Part shown: piece by piece, positions 61,197 through 64,000 of the stretch
Layout: each line of letters opens with the position of its first letter
Numbering within the stretch: position 1 is the stretch's first letter
Assembly: GCA_037379345.1 (NCBI GenBank)
Contig: CM074517.1
Span: forward strand, 27,156,001 to 27,220,000
DNA: 64,000 nt
From: Perna viridis
Taxonomy: Eukaryota
Direction of reading: 5' to 3'
Translations under genes and position numbers: made by a program
The notes under the pieces: model-generated
The model's input: the letters and a program-made list of their open reading frames with translations, nothing else
Databases searched by the model: none
What the model was told of the DNA's origin: nothing

Positions 61197-63286
61197 AAAG
61201 GATTGTAAAATACCATAGAATTGACAGTTTATCACTATAAACGAAAACAACTACGATAATTACTAAAGAATGGGGAGGCTAAATTAACCTGTCCTCTTAA
61301 ACATCATTTGATTTACAAGCAGCCAGGAACCTTATGATTGTTTGAGTGTTTTCAACGCGTGCTTGTTCATGAAGCGAATTAACATGCCTGGTAAAACAAT
61401 TGCTTCAGAGACGAATAGCTTTTTCTTGGAGTTAACGTAAAGTTTCTTTGTAAATCAAAAGCACGTTAAGCAAAAATAAAGAACACGACTAAATTATAGC
61501 ACATCAGAGTTGTTTCTTCTCATTATATCGTATGAGAAACCTGTCAGGAAATGTTATACAGAAATGAACAATAATTCTTAAAGTCATTTTCTCAAGCACT
61601 AGATGTTATTGTGCAAATTGTGTTTGCATATTCAACTTCGTTCTAGTAACTTATGATCTTGAACTTTTCAAATAATTACATTTTTTTAATGACAACAGAC
61701 CTAGAGTTACTGGCTAATTTTGATAACTGAGATACTTTGCAATGCTCACGATTCATATGAAACTTGGTACAAGTCTCTTTGTAATATACAAGTATGTGTC
61801 CTTTTCAATTAACATGATTACTATCAAAAGTTCATTCACTATACAGTGAATAGATAAAGTGTAGATATACACATATGGTAAAATATTCATACAGAGAGAC
61901 TTGTAGCAAGTTTGATTGTCAACTTCATTGCAGTATGGTTCATCATGTTCTCCGCCTTGTTTTTTTTTTTTTTGTTAATGTGTCAAACCTAAATAAGGAT
62001 TCATAAAGACATTGCAAAGTCATTTTGTCATATACTGTTAATTAGTAAATTTGTCAAATATCTTTTTTAATTTACAGTATGTTGTGTAACATCTGCACTT
62101 GCGTGTCAAGCAAGTTCCGGTGCACGTGCGTTTTCAATCGTATGGGTAAGTGAGATAATCGAATGAGTAATATTGTCATTTCAAATCTGTTCGTTAGCTA
62201 GTTCGTTTTTCAATACTCCCAGAAATTTAGATATTGTAACATTATCACGTGCACATTACCATGCGGTAACAAAACAGAAGTGCAACTGTCAATAAAATGC
62301 GGAATTGTTTTCCACCAAATTATTAATCATTTCTTGTCACTAAGTGATGCACAAATGCAGGAAGAAAGAACTATTGTTATTTTGGCTTGCGCGTGTATAT
62401 GCATGTCGTTTGGTAGAAAATATGAAGCGCCTTTGTCACATCTATCGTGACGATATATTTCCATATTTCAAAGTTTTATTCGCCACGTCAATTTCGCTCA
62501 ATATTTTTTGTATATAAAATAGTTTTTTAATCTTTTAACTTGTCAAAATCCTTGCACAAAAAATGTGATTCGTGATGCATCAATGAATTAATTTTCTCAT
62601 TTTTCCTTTAGAGGTAGACGATAGGAACATGTTCACTTTGACCCATTTGGCTATCAAACCCCCTAAAATCTTAAGTTTGTTTAAAATCTCTCTCGATAGT
62701 TATAATCCTACAATAATCTGATCAGACCAAATTAGAGCTACGTGTAACGTCATCGGTGAAATACTGGAGAGAGCAACTATTTGATTTTTAAAAGAGGGGG
62801 TGAAATGTTCTTCCTTGCCTTTTAATTTGGTGAAAGTTAAAATCCCCCTTTTTTCAGAAACATAAACAATAAAATATTATGACAAAAAGGAATACTGTCA
62901 TTTTATTTTTCCTTAATATGGCCTATCTTGCCTAACTTTTTATTTCAAATTTCATCCTAGCTCCCCTCCCCAAACTATTAAAATTAATCATAGTTTGTTC
63001 ATATGCAAATAAGGTATAATATATCGCATACTTTGTCCTATCCTTTTTCTTCTCTTTATAATTCTATGCCAGGAATGTGATATTGTTATATGTAATAATA
63101 TGATTAATTAATTTAATAATACATCAATTAGGCAGGTGTAGGATCATCTTTTAATTTTAATTATTCAATAATAAAATAAAATTTTGACATGCAATCAATC
63201 ACATTTATAACTAATAACTACAACCAAATAACAGTCATAGCTTTCTTGGGTTTTTGATGCGTTCTAAACTTGGATCTGTAGAACAA

Positions 63287-63826
63287 TTAAGTAGCACTCC
63301 AGCTAAGAATCATGCCAAATTTGATTCATTGGTGAAATGCCTACATATCTTAATTTTTGATATGTTGTTTAAATTGCCATAGTAAACTGAAATAAACAGT
63401 CGGTTTTACCATGGAAGTATAATATCTAGACAGAAACTACTGCGGGAGTTCTAAAAGGTTCTATCTGCGTTACCGCCTGTTATCTTATAATTGGTTAATT
63501 GGCTTATCTTTTAGAGCTCTTCAAATATTATACTTCCATGGTTGTACATATAACCCGTGTTCTTATGAGATAAAAATCATATAGAATGCACTGCATATTT
63601 CAAAATTAAGGGGAGATAACTCTGTAAATAACACCCAAGTACACTAGAATCTATTGCATGTTCAATGTTAATTATCCCCTAAGAGCAGACATATTGGAAT
63701 AAATACACATTTCATAATATAGACCCATAAAACAACTTAATTTCAAAAATAAAAATATGTAGCCTTTTTGGGGGGTTGTATCACATTTTTAAGATTCAGC
63801 ATGATTCTTACAAAGACAGCTACTTA
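63287..63826. mobile_element. TTAA-flanked TIR MITE (GTAAGAATCATGC family) with internal insertion
   Basis: TTAAGTAGCACTCCAGCTAAGAATCATGC ... GCATGATTCTTACAAAGACAGCTACTTAA. ~63415-63545 is absent from the other two copies. Confidence 0.75.
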
Positions 63827-64000
63827 ATGTAACATATTCTCCCACTTATGAGCATATATCATAATTACTATGTTAGAATTTCAACATGTATGAAAGAGGT
63901 CCTTCTTTACACATTATTCATTAAAAGCATGTTGTATATGATTTTTTTTATAGTTGCTACTTACAGTGGGAGTGATTTAGTGATGTATTATGCAATCGTA

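Overview
AT-rich, intron-rich animal genomic DNA with one assembly gap (N run 8636-8825). The repeat landscape suggests a bivalve mollusc (inference only). Genes reconstructed by hand: (1) the end of a tandem array of small secreted 12-Cys IGFBP-fold / fungal-protease-inhibitor (AmFPI-1/SIBD)-like genes on the minus strand. These are a near-intact two-exon copy at 12838-14245 with a GC-AG intron and a TAG just before the last Cys, a frameshifted orphan exon 1 at 4284-4452, and upstream sequence of a third copy whose coding part probably lies left of the window. (2) Two complete tandem stomatin/band-7 (SPFH) paralogues on the plus strand (20304-29203 and 33193-42105) with identical internal exon sizes of 73/83/204/56/79 nt. 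(3) A minus-strand gene encoding a FOLN-like Cys module, a Kunitz/BPTI domain with Gly at P1 and an extremely Lys/Arg-rich tail (47468-50600, first exon not located). The rest is transposon debris: many 5'-truncated Penelope-like (Naiad-type) retroelement copies sharing a conserved, apparently folded ~100-nt 3' RNA motif, TTAA-flanked TIR elements, GC-rich MITEs with 5-bp TSDs, an RTE fragment, Helentron-like repeats, microsatellites and several long hairpins.
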